From the NCBI GenBank assembly GCA_963827655.1, contig CAWHCF010000032.1, positions 32,001 through 96,000 on the forward strand: DNA of 64,000 bases, given 5' to 3'. A program made the translations under genes and the position numbers. A model generated the notes under the pieces. It worked only from the letters and a program-made list of their open reading frames with translations, did not search any database and was not told the DNA's origin. Below are positions 10,650 through 20,284 of this stretch, one piece after another. Within the stretch, counting starts at the first letter, position 1. Every line of letters begins with the position of its first letter. Source of the DNA: an uncultured Acidobacteriota bacterium. GTDB lineage: Bacteria; Acidobacteriota; UBA6911.

Positions 10650-11664
10650 TCACCGACCGGCCGTCTTTTCTTCGAAAAGATCCGAAGCCGGATGTCGGAT
10701 TTCGAAACTTACCGCCGCGCGAAAGGTTTGAGCGCTGTGCGTGGTCAACCAGCCTTCGGCGACGTAATTACCCGGAGGAAGCGGCGCGCCGGAGCTGGAT
10801 TCCGATAGCCGCAGTCTGATCACATTGTTCCTCTCACCGACAATCTCGAGGACCTGTTCGGCTTGCGTGAATACCTGTCCTTCCGACCAGCGATACAAGG
10901 TCTCGCCCCGGTCATTCCGGATGGTCAGATCGAAGGTCTGTCCGGTAGGGAATTGTATCCTGAGCGGATCGACGTGATCGTTGCGAACGGTCAGCCGGGC
11001 CGTCATCACATTTCCGGTTGCGCCGGGCTCGTTTGGTTTGAGTTCGTAAATGCTGCGGTCTAGCGCCAGACTGAAGCTGATGTGCGGTTCCGAAAGATAG
11101 GTGCGACCGCCGATGCGCGCGTAAATCAGGTCAAACGAAGTCGGGCCCGCAATGGTCAGGTAGGCGCGATGAACGAGGCCGACGCCCGGCAGATAGTACT
11201 CCCCGTTCAATCCAGCATCGGCACAGGCGTTCGGCCCATATTTCACGAGAACTGCATTGCCGAAGTTCCCGATCGGGCCCCAGTAGCGGGTCTCGTAGGA
11301 CACGATTTTTCCAAAGGCGGTGCAGGGGTCAGCCACGGAGGGGAATTCCACATCTTCGGGGACGCCGAAGTCAACCCAGACATGCTCCCTCCTGAGTTCG
11401 GCGCTCCAGGCCAGCAGCTTTCCGTCCGGCGCTTCGCGCAGCCAGATCGTTCCCCAGGGAAAGCCTTCCAGACGCGTGTAGCGCCTGTCCATCGAATTCA
11501 TCCACCGCCTTTGCCTCGACCGTCCAGATCGTGGAGTGCCGGGCTTGATTGCTTCTGTAAATCCACTGGTTTCCAATTTGTAACGGGTATTCGATTGACT
11601 GCGCATTGACACTTCGGGCGAACAAAAGACACAAGTACACCAAGGCGACGTTCCTGCTGAACAT
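10650..11664 (-). CDS. Secreted protein with C-terminal BsuPI (intracellular proteinase inhibitor)-like domain; frameshift near 11510
   Basis: Signal peptide and YPLQIGNQWIY in ORF 11371-11664; FPTGQTFDLTIRNDRGETLYRWSEGQVFTQA in ORF 10650-11612. Confidence 0.7.
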
Positions 11665-11998
11665 GATCGGCCAACCCCTCCGTTATGGACATCGTGACAT
11701 CCCCATTAGATGACAGAGTCCAGTAAGCGGTTCAGTTGGCGCGACACGAGTTCCTGCAAGGCCTTCAGTCTGATCGGCTCCTGTGACTGCCTTCCTGTAC
11801 AGCGTCCCACGGCGCCAAGAGCAGCCGTGCCTGCAAAATGTCCAAACTCCAAGCCCCTGTTGGTTGTGAGACCCAAATCCTCGAACATCTCAACAGCCGT
11901 CCACGAGCACGTGATCGGTTTTTTGCACGGTCCGCGGTCAGACTAGGCTTGCCAGCCGCTTCGCGTCTGGGCCTTCGATCCCTGGTTAACGGTGTGTG

Positions 11999-13220
11999 TC
12001 AGCGGGCGGCAGTGTTGGAATCGAAAAGCAGGGTCCGTTCGTCGGTGTAGATGGCGGTAAACTTGCCGTCGGCGATCTCGAGGGCGGAAGGGCGTCCGCC
12101 GGGGAAAAAGCTCGTCAGCATCCCGGTGTCGATGAGAAATACGCGGCCGTCGAAGCGCGATCGCATCCGGCCTCCAGTCTGGACGGTGTGGCCCACGATG
12201 AACCGAACATCGCCGTACGCCTTGACCAGAGCCGCGTATTTGCTGGGCTCCCTCCGAATCGCTCCACTGGGAAAAGCCTCGAAACCACAAAGGACCATCA
12301 GGGTTAATCGCCAGCCAACCCTGGAAGCCGGCGAAGGTTTCGAGCATCTGAAGGCGTTGCCTCATGTCGCTTTCAGATGAGAGCGCCATGCTCCCGCTCT
12401 TTACAGCATCGATTGCCGGCTGAACGACAGCGAGGAGCTCTTCAATCGTGAAGAACGGGAGTGCCAGCCTCCATTCCACCAGTTGCCTGACGGTTGAATC
12501 GAACGTCTGGATTTCATTTTTCACCCGGCTGTTGATCTGGGACACCTTGACGGCCGCCACCGCCGGGCTGATGCCTCCATGCAGGAAGATCGATCCCCCC
12601 TCCTGGAAAATCGCCGCCCGGCTGCGGATCCAGCGGCCGTACTTGCCATCCGGCGCCAACGCGGCGCGGTGCTCGACGAAACCGGGGGGATGCGCCGCCA
12701 TCCACTGATTTTCCATCTCCGGGGTAAACGCCGGTGTCGGTTGCCGAAGCAGCGCGGCCCGCCGGCGCAAGACTTCCATGTGGGCGCGGTATGCGTCCTG
12801 GCGTCGTTTCTCCGACTTTTCGTCAACGAAGGCGGCATAATCCTGCGCCACAACGTAGCGCAGGTCCCCGTAAAGGATCATCAGCTCGTGGTTGCCGAGC
12901 AAGGCGACGACGCGCCCTTTCTGCTGTGACGCTTCCTTCTCGAGGTTCATTACCAGATCCATCACCGCGCGCGACTTTGGACCCCGGTCCACCAGGTCCC
13001 CGGTCTGAACCAGAACCGAATTCCCTCCGGTCCAGTGGTGTTCCGCATCGATCAGGCCGGCGCTTTGCAGGATCGAAACCATCTCATCCAACCCTCCATG
13101 GACGTCTCCGACGGCCACGAGTCGCGCACCGGCAGGACCTCCCTGCGAGGGATCCGATCCGGCGCAGAGTAGCAGCGCCAGGGTGAGCCCGAGGAAAGAG
13201 AATCGCTTGAGTCGAATCAT
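11999..13220 (-). CDS. Secreted calcineurin-like metallophosphoesterase; frameshift(s) near 12230-12300
   Basis: GDVHG, GDLVDRG, GNHE, HGG, GPLWFRG; IVGHT and LIDTGM are in the downstream frame. Confidence 0.85.
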
Positions 13221-13257
13221 GGCTGGTATCTCCGCGTTTCTTTGGTCAGCAACAGGA

Positions 13258-14076
13258 TCAGTCTTGCTTCTTCTTCCTGGACTCCTCATACCGCTTTCGA
13301 TTGGCCTCGTTCAGCGGGTAGACACCATAGATCGATTCGCCTTTCAGGAGAAGGTCGCGCTGAAACTCCTCCTGCTCGTCGTGCTCGAGGGCCTTCTCGG
13401 CTATCTTTTCGGCGATCTCCGCCGGGATTACGAGAATGCCGTGAGTTTCACCGACCAGGATGTCGCCCGGGATGACGGTGACCTCACCGATTCGAACCGG
13501 CACCTGGTAGTCAACACTCATCTGGATCGGGCTGACGCTGGCGGCGTGCCCGCGCCGCATGTATACCTGCAGGTGCATCGCCTCGAGCTCGGGCACGTCG
13601 CGCATCGCGCCGTCAACCACCAGGCCGGCGCCCCCGCGGAAAAGGAAACGCGCAGTCGTGACTCCTCCTGAAACAGCCGAGCGGATCTCGCCGCCAGCAT
13701 CAAAGACCAGGATATCTCCGGGCTGCGCTTCCTCGGCTGACTTGTAGTTAAGCTGCGGGCCGGCGGAGTAGAGCTTGGCGCGTACGTCCTTGCGATTGGG
13801 CAAGTATCGGATGGTCCGGGCGCGCCCCACCATCCGGTGATTGGGCTTTAGCGGGGTCAGCTCGTTGATGAAGCATTGCGGATACCCTTCGGCCGTCACG
13901 AGAGCCCAGGCCGATTCCAGTCCGACGCGCATCAGCTTGCCGAACAGGGCCCGGTCCTTGGGATCCAATCGTTCCTGGATGTACGCGGGCATCTCGCGCA
14001 CGGTCGGGTTCAATTTGAGCGGGGCGTTCTGAGCCCAGGCCAAACAGGGAAGTAACAATAAAGCAGCGTATCGCAT
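13258..14076 (-). CDS. RraA-like / HMG aldolase family protein with signal peptide
   Basis: MVGRARTIRYLP, PGDILVFDAGG, GLVVDGAMRD, VIPGDILVG. Confidence 0.85.
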   Translation of the reverse strand: MRYAALLLLPCLAWAQNAPLKLNPTVREMPAYIQERLDPKDRALFGKLMRVGLESAWALVTAEGYPQCFINELTPLKPNHRMVGRARTIRYLPNRKDVRAKLYSAGPQLNYKSAEEAQPGDILVFDAGGEIRSAVSGGVTTARFLFRGGAGLVVDGAMRDVPELEAMHLQVYMRRGHAASVSPIQMSVDYQVPVRIGEVTVIPGDILVGETHGILVIPAEIAEKIAEKALEHDEQEEFQRDLLLKGESIYGVYPLNEANRKRYEESRKKKQD

Positions 14077-14546
14077 CGGAGACCCTCCGTGGAGTGACTG
14101 GAGCGGATTCTATATCGGGGACGGACGGAAAGCAGCTAGAAACCAGGCGCGTAGGCCATGGTATCGCGTCAGCACAAGCGCGACTAGCTTTCGACTGGCT
14201 TGCGAACTCGAGAATGACCTGGGTGCTCGCGTCACGCCAGCTCGGCTTCGGGACCCAGCAACCCACTGTGCCAGGAGCGACATTCCGTGGCAACCGGACC
14301 ACGGTCCATGTATCGGCAGAGGTATTCTCGAAACCCGGAAGAGCGACACCTGGCTACCATGCTACCCCGCGGTGCGACTGGGCAGCGCTCCTCGCTGGAT
14401 CGGGGATGGCGTCTGGCCGTTCATAGTGTAGGTGGTCCTGGTCCGAAACGACCGGCGGCTATACCAACGTCGGTCGGACGTGGAGCACAACGCCTGCGGA
14501 GGAGGCTGCATAGCTTTTTAGGTCTTCGGATGGCATACTACGATTC

Positions 14547-14746
14547 ATGAGCGTCAAGGCACGATACACGAACGGGGTCTTCGAACCCCTCGAAGAAGTC
14601 CGGGATGCGCGACCGGGGAAGGTCTACCGGGTTTTCTCCGAGGAGGAACTGCGCAGCCTTGCCGAAGGACTTACCTGGCTGAAGGCTCTGAGAAGAGCTT
14701 CGAATTCTGGAGCAACGAGGAGGATGCCGTCTACGACAAGCTATAG
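14547..14746 (+). CDS. DUF104/AF2212-like antitoxin; 1-bp frameshift near 14687 fuses it to the toxin in the ORF track
   Basis: MSVKARYTNGVFEPLE N-terminus; the shifted frame gives EKSFEFWSNEEDAVYDKL*, overlapping the toxin start. Confidence 0.7.
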
Positions 14747-15074
14747 GCAAGGCGACATCGTTCTCGTGTCTTTTCCTTTTACTGACCTGAGCTCCACAAA
14801 ACGCCGACCAGCCGTCGTCGTTTCTCCTGATTCCTTTAACGCCCGCAAACAGGATCTAGTCCTTGTTGCGATCACTTCACAGATCGGAGACGATCCTCAG
14901 ATCGTCCTTCTAGAAGATGGCGATTTCAGGGAAGGCAGATTGCCCAGAAGATCCGTCGTCAAGCTGACCAAGCTCTTCACCATGCACTCCTCCCTGATCG
15001 TCAAGAGAATCTGCACCCTCAAGCATGAAAAGATGGACGAAATCCTGAAAGATCTCCGAGATTTCCTTTCGTAG
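14724..15074 (+). CDS. mazF: PemK/MazF family endoribonuclease toxin
   Basis: GDIVLVSFPFTDLSSTKRRPAVVVS...LVAITS; GAGGAGG just upstream. Confidence 0.9.
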   Translation: MPSTTSYRQGDIVLVSFPFTDLSSTKRRPAVVVSPDSFNARKQDLVLVAITSQIGDDPQIVLLEDGDFREGRLPRRSVVKLTKLFTMHSSLIVKRICTLKHEKMDEILKDLRDFLS

Positions 15075-15169
15075 TCTGATTCGGCGCATTTTGCAGGGCG
15101 TATCTGGCGACCTTGCGTCCGCCGCCTGAGCAGGTGCAAGGCGCTGTCTGGAAGCCACTTTGGTTCAAC

Positions 15170-15198
15170 TTGACAAGGTTGTTGGATCGGCCTAGCAT
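15170..15198 (+). promoter_or_regulatory. Sigma70-type promoter upstream of the TonB-dependent receptor
   Basis: TTGACA-17 bp-TAGCAT, followed by TTGGCCAA and GTCTGACCA (possible operator). Confidence 0.55.
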
Positions 15199-15461
15199 CG
15201 GCTTGGCCAATTTCCCAGTCTGACCACGATAATTCCCAAATTGAGATCGCCGTGCCTCCAAAAGCAAAGGCGCCTCATGAGCCAACCCCACACTCGACAG
15301 CCCAAGTTCTTGCATCAGCTCCCCCGATTCATCAGTTGACTCAGGAGCGAACTCCTTCCGAGCAGTCTGCCGCCCGCCGGCCGGCGATTCGGAAAGCGGC
15401 CAGAACGTAAATGTCGATCCGGTTCTGTCGAGGAAAACTGTCTCTGAAAGGAGAGTGGGGG

Positions 15462-18400
15462 ATGAGAATGGGTATCGCAGTAGTCGCCCTGGCGGCGCTC
15501 GTGCTGATCACGGCCTTGCCGTGCCCGGCGCAAACCACATACGGCAGGATCGTAGGCAATGCCCGCGATGCCAGCGATAGCGTCGTTCCCGCCGTCAAGG
15601 TTACCGTCGTCAACGAAGCCACCCGAGAGAGCTATACCCAGCTTACCAACGAGCTGGGCGCCTATGCCTTCAATACCCTGATTCCGGGGACCTATACAAT
15701 CCAGGCCGAAGTGACGGGGTTCCGACCGATTCAGATCCAGAACATCACGCTGCAGGTCAACCAGACGGCGAGGTTCGACCTGAAACTGGAGCTGGGGCAG
15801 GTTTCGGAGAGTGTGAGCGTGACCGCATCGGCGCCGGTACTGTCTACGGACACGTCGGACGTGGGACAGGTGATCACAACCCAGCAAATAGTCGATCTTC
15901 CGCTGAACGGACGAAACTTCCTGCAATTAGCCGCGCTCACGAACGGCGTGATCCTTTCAGGAACCACCGAGAGCGGAGGTCCGAACTTTCTGAGCGAAGG
16001 GGGCCGTCCGACGCAAAACAGTTTTCTCGTGGACGGCGTTGAAACCCGTATCCAGCGAGAGGGGGGCTATGGCCTGAACCTCTCGGTCGATGCCATCGAA
16101 GAGTTCAAGATCATGCAGAACGCCTTTTCGGCCGAGTATGGACGGGCCACGACGATCGTGAATGCGGCCATCCGATCCGGGACGAATTCGTTTCACGGCA
16201 CGGCATTCGAGTTCCTGCGCAATGACGTCCTGGATGCTCGCAACGCGTTCGACCTGACCGGGACAATTCCGCCCTTGCGCATGAACCAATTTGGAGGCAG
16301 CGTGGGAGGCCCGGTCCGTCGCGACAAGCTTTTTTTCTTCGTTAACTACGAAGGCCAGAGAATTCGGCGGGGCGCAACGCGCTTCACGAGTGTGCCGACG
16401 CCGGCGATGTTGAGCGGCGATCTTTCCGGGATGCGCGTGGCTACCGACCCGCTGACCGGCTCGCCCTTTCCCGACAACCGTGTCCCGGCCAGCCGGTTCT
16501 CGCAATTCGCCAGAGCGGCCATCCCGTACTTTCCTGCGCCGACCGGTTCCGCGCTCGTCAATCAGAACTATCAGGCCGTGCTTAGCAATCCGACGGACAT
16601 GGACCAGGTTACTACGCGCGCTGATTACGTCCTCAGCACAAGGGATCGAGTGAGCGGTCATTTCAGCGCGTTCGATTACGGAAACGTGCAGATTGGCACG
16701 CTTCCCTTCAGCGGCACCCAGCGCTTCTCGAAGGCCAAGAACCTTGCGATCGAGCACGTTCACAGCTTCAGTCCCACGCTGCTCAACACGTTCCGCTTTG
16801 GTTACGGCTACACCGACACGTATACGGGTCCCGACCAGTTGCTGGACCAGGATGTAACGCAGGAGTTCGGTCTCAAGAATCTGTCCCCGGAACCTCAAGC
16901 GTACGCTCCTCCGGGGATCAGCATCCAGGGCTTCGGCTACATCGGGGCGCCCCAGTGGATTCCGAACGGGGCCATCGATTCAAACCGCCAGTTCGTCGAG
17001 CAGCTGACCTATAACCGAGGGCGCCATTCGATCAAAACCGGAGCCGACATTCGTCTCCTGCGCTATGACGATCTCGGATACGCGATCCAGAACGGCGCTT
17101 ATACTTTCGCCAACCAGTACACCGGCAACGCGATGGCCGACTTTCTCCTGGGCATTCCTCAGTCCGCCTTCGCTCACCGTTCCGGCGGACAGGGGTTCTC
17201 GTTCAAGACCACTAACGGCGAGTATTCCTTTTACGTGCAGGACGACATCAAGTTGACGCGGAATCTCACGATCAATGCCGGGCTGCGCTACGAGTTCGTT
17301 CAGTGGCCTCATGAGGAAAACGATGAACTTGCGGTGTGGAATTTCGAGAGAGGAAGTCTCGACTTCGCCGGACAGGAGCTGCCGAGAAGAATCGCTCCGG
17401 CCGACCGGAACAACTGGGGACCGCGGCTGGGGCTGGCTTACAATCCGTTCAGTAAAACGGTAATCCGCGCGGGCGGGGGAATCGCCCACGGAAACTTCCG
17501 CCAGTGGGAAGTGGCTCTCTTCCACTTCAGCCCCCCCTTCGTATATGAGAACCTGGACTCCAACGACTTCCCGAATCCCCGGTTCACCACGTCGACGCTG
17601 TGGCCAGCGCCCGAGCCGCTCGACCGGATCGACTTCAGGACGGTCACCGTAAATTACCAGAGCCCGGACAAGGTTCTGCCGACGATGTACCAGTGGACCT
17701 TCGGCATCCAGCAGGAGCTATTGCCGAATCTTCTTTTCGAGTTGGCCTACGTGGGGAATCGCGCGGTCAACCAGCCGAACCGATGGGACGCGAATCCGGC
17801 GGCCCAGGACCCAGACCTCTCTCGCCCCACGGCAATCCAGACCCGACGGCCGTACCAGAACGTGGGGTTCGTGAGCGGCAACACCTCCCAGGCCTGGGCC
17901 AATTACAATGCGCTCAACGTTCGTGTGGAGCGGCGCTACTCCGGAGGGTTGTCGCTGCTTGGGGTTTACACCTGGTCGAAGGCCATGGCGATTCGACCGT
18001 TCGACAACTGGACCGTGATGGATATCAATAACATCCGCATGAACTACGGTCCGATCAATGACTTCACTCACAACGCCGTCATCAGCTATATCTACGATCT
18101 GCCATTTGGTGCCGGCAGAAGATTCCTCGGCGACGCCCGGGGAGTCGTGAACCAGCTCCTCGGGGGCTGGCAGGTGAACGGGATTACGAGCTTCCGGTCG
18201 GGCGCCGCACTGTCGTTGACCTCTCCGGTTTCCAACAATCGCGGCAATCGCGCCGGCAACCGGCCGGACCGGATCGGCGACGGGAACCTTGCCTCCGGCG
18301 AGCAAAACGTCGAGCGCTGGTTCGACATGACGGCGTTCAAGGACCCCGTCCTGGGGACTTACGGCAACTCCGGCGATGGCGTCATCCGCGGGCCCGGTCT

Positions 18401-18602
18401 GGCCAACTGGGATGTTTCGGTCTTCAAGAATTTCCGGTTCCGGGAGGCCATGACACTCCAATTCCGCTGGGAAATGTTCAACGCATTCAACCAGGTGAAC
18501 CTGGGCAACCCTTCAGTCAACACCGGCGATGCACGATTCGGGCGTATCAGCAGCGCGATGACCGCAAGGGAGATGCAAGCGGGGTTGAAGCTGATATTCT
18601 GA
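15462..18602 (+). CDS. TonB-dependent receptor, acidobacterial type with N-terminal carboxypeptidase regulatory-like domain
   Basis: Signal peptide, LPLNGRNFLQLAAL, FSAEYGR, GTNSFHG..FEFLRND.LDARN, C-terminal REMQAGLKLIF. Confidence 0.92.
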   Translation: MRMGIAVVALAALVLITALPCPAQTTYGRIVGNARDASDSVVPAVKVTVVNEATRESYTQLTNELGAYAFNTLIPGTYTIQAEVTGFRPIQIQNITLQVNQTARFDLKLELGQVSESVSVTASAPVLSTDTSDVGQVITTQQIVDLPLNGRNFLQLAALTNGVILSGTTESGGPNFLSEGGRPTQNSFLVDGVETRIQREGGYGLNLSVDAIEEFKIMQNAFSAEYGRATTIVNAAIRSGTNSFHGTAFEFLRNDVLDARNAFDLTGTIPPLRMNQFGGSVGGPVRRDKLFFFVNYEGQRIRRGATRFTSVPTPAMLSGDLSGMRVATDPLTGSPFPDNRVPASRFSQFARAAIPYFPAPTGSALVNQNYQAVLSNPTDMDQVTTRADYVLSTRDRVSGHFSAFDYGNVQIGTLPFSGTQRFSKAKNLAIEHVHSFSPTLLNTFRFGYGYTDTYTGPDQLLDQDVTQEFGLKNLSPEPQAYAPPGISIQGFGYIGAPQWIPNGAIDSNRQFVEQLTYNRGRHSIKTGADIRLLRYDDLGYAIQNGAYTFANQYTGNAMADFLLGIPQSAFAHRSGGQGFSFKTTNGEYSFYVQDDIKLTRNLTINAGLRYEFVQWPHEENDELAVWNFERGSLDFAGQELPRRIAPADRNNWGPRLGLAYNPFSKTVIRAGGGIAHGNFRQWEVALFHFSPPFVYENLDSNDFPNPRFTTSTLWPAPEPLDRIDFRTVTVNYQSPDKVLPTMYQWTFGIQQELLPNLLFELAYVGNRAVNQPNRWDANPAAQDPDLSRPTAIQTRRPYQNVGFVSGNTSQAWANYNALNVRVERRYSGGLSLLGVYTWSKAMAIRPFDNWTVMDINNIRMNYGPINDFTHNAVISYIYDLPFGAGRRFLGDARGVVNQLLGGWQVNGITSFRSGAALSLTSPVSNNRGNRAGNRPDRIGDGNLASGEQNVERWFDMTAFKDPVLGTYGNSGDGVIRGPGLANWDVSVFKNFRFREAMTLQFRWEMFNAFNQVNLGNPSVNTGDARFGRISSAMTAREMQAGLKLIF

Positions 18603-18615
18603 TTGGCAGATTTTT

Positions 18616-18680
18616 TTCTTCGCGTCCTCGTGTCCTGGTGATAGCTTTTTCCTTCCACCTGGATACGAAGACGCGAGGAA
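18616..18680. repeat. 8-bp-periodic palindromic repeat, copy D
   Basis: ttcttcgcgtcctcgtgtcctggtg ... cacctggatacgaagacgcgaggaa. Confidence 0.7.
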
Positions 18681-18685
18681 ACCGC

Positions 18686-20122
18686 ATGCGAATCAGCAAA
18701 GGATTGGGCCGGCGCGGAGCGGTTCGTGCCATCGCCGCATTTTTCGCACTCTCACGCGCGATCGCCTGGCAGCAGGATACTCCTCTCCCAACCCAGCGGC
18801 TGGACCCGTTGATCCAGAAGATCGTTTCGGAAGTGTCGCAGGAGCGCATCGCAGACATTCTGAAAAAGCTTGAAAGCTTTGAGACGCGCAACACACTCTC
18901 CGATCCCAGCCAGGCGAACCGCGGAATTGGCGCAGCCCGCCAATGGATCTTCGATCAGTTCAAGAGCTACAGTCCGCGCCTGGAGGTCAGTTTCGATACT
19001 CACATCATCCCGAAAAGGGGGCGCGTGTGGAAGGAGGTCGAGCTGCGCAATGTGGTGGCAATCCTGCCGGGTAAGATGCCGCAAGCCCGCGAACGCTGGA
19101 TTCTCGTGGGCGGACATTACGATTCCTTGAACCTGCGAGTGCCGCAGGAACTTCGCGGCGATCCGGCAAAAGCAGCCGAGTTGCCTGCTCCCGGCGTCAC
19201 CGACGACGGCAGCGGAACCGCCTGTGCAATGGAGTGCGCGCGGGTGTTGAGTCGATACGAATTCGACGCGACGCTCGTTTTCATTGCTTTCGCCGGTGAG
19301 GAACAGGGACTGATCGGCGCTCGGGCGCTGGCCCGGCGGCTGAAGGAGAAGAACCAGGAAGTTCAAGCACTTCTTAACAACGACATCATAGGAAGTGAAG
19401 TCAGCGGAAACGGAGTCATCGACAATCGGCGCGTTCTCGTCTTTTCTGAAGACCCGAACGACTCCGCGTCGCGGCAGCTGGCGCGATTCATCAGGCGGAT
19501 CGCCGGCCTTTATTACCCGGAAACGATCGTCGACATGGTGTTCCGGCACGACCGGTTCGGACGCGGCGGCGATCACACGGCGTTCAACCAGCAGGGGTTC
19601 CCGGGGGTCCGATTCACGACCCCGAGCGAAAATTTCACCAATCAACACAGTGCCACCGACACGTTCGCCCATACCTCGCCGAGCTACACGGCGAAGGTAG
19701 TGCGCATCAACGCTGCGACTGCGGCGGCGCTGGCGCTGGCTCCGCGATCTCCTGTGACCATTCGCCCCGCTGCGCCAGCGCCGGTTCCGACGGCGTCGCT
19801 TGCCGGTGATCCCGCGGAGAGTGAGTCCGGCAGTCAAGCGCGCGCACAGGGACCAGGTCTGGGCCGAGGCTCAGGCTACGACGCCGTGCTGCGCTGGGAG
19901 CATCCTGATCCGGAACCGGACCTGGCGGGCTACATCGTGGTAGTGCGAACTACAACCGAGCCCGATTGGCAACGCGAGATATGGGTCGGTAACGTTCGAG
20001 AATTTACTCTGAAGAATACGCCGATCGACCAGCTTGTGTTCGGCGTGAAATCGGTGGATCGGGACGGGCATGAGAGCCCGGTCTCGGCCTACTGGACGCA
20101 GCCCTACCCGCCAGATCAGTAG
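18686..20122 (+). CDS. Secreted M28 family metallopeptidase with C-terminal FN3-like domain
   Basis: GGHYDS, APGVTDDGSG, GEEQGL, NNDIIG, GGDH, NQH metal ligands. Confidence 0.9.
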   Translation: MRISKGLGRRGAVRAIAAFFALSRAIAWQQDTPLPTQRLDPLIQKIVSEVSQERIADILKKLESFETRNTLSDPSQANRGIGAARQWIFDQFKSYSPRLEVSFDTHIIPKRGRVWKEVELRNVVAILPGKMPQARERWILVGGHYDSLNLRVPQELRGDPAKAAELPAPGVTDDGSGTACAMECARVLSRYEFDATLVFIAFAGEEQGLIGARALARRLKEKNQEVQALLNNDIIGSEVSGNGVIDNRRVLVFSEDPNDSASRQLARFIRRIAGLYYPETIVDMVFRHDRFGRGGDHTAFNQQGFPGVRFTTPSENFTNQHSATDTFAHTSPSYTAKVVRINAATAAALALAPRSPVTIRPAAPAPVPTASLAGDPAESESGSQARAQGPGLGRGSGYDAVLRWEHPDPEPDLAGYIVVVRTTTEPDWQREIWVGNVREFTLKNTPIDQLVFGVKSVDRDGHESPVSAYWTQPYPPDQ

Positions 20123-20133
20123 ATCTCCGGACG

Positions 20134-20271
20134 ATTCTTGGTGTTTCTTCGCGTCTTTGAGTCTTAGTGGTATTTGTTAGACAGCTCTAACCACGAAGAC
20201 ACGAAGACCCGAAGAAACGCTGAGCACTTCCGTTGCTGCCTCAGGGTTGCTTCGCGTCTTTGCGGTGGTTT
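20134..20271. repeat. 8-bp-periodic palindromic repeat, copy A
   Basis: attcttggtgtttcttcgcgtctttgagtcttagtggt-atttgttagacagctcta-accacgaagacacgaagacccgaagaaac; nearly identical to 55833-56004. Confidence 0.85.
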
Positions 20272-20284
20272 TCCTGGGAAAAAG

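Noticed and set aside
20134-20271. Short periodic repeats as a CRISPR array
   Set aside because: Units are 7-8 bp, contiguous and inverted, with no unique spacers and no cas genes
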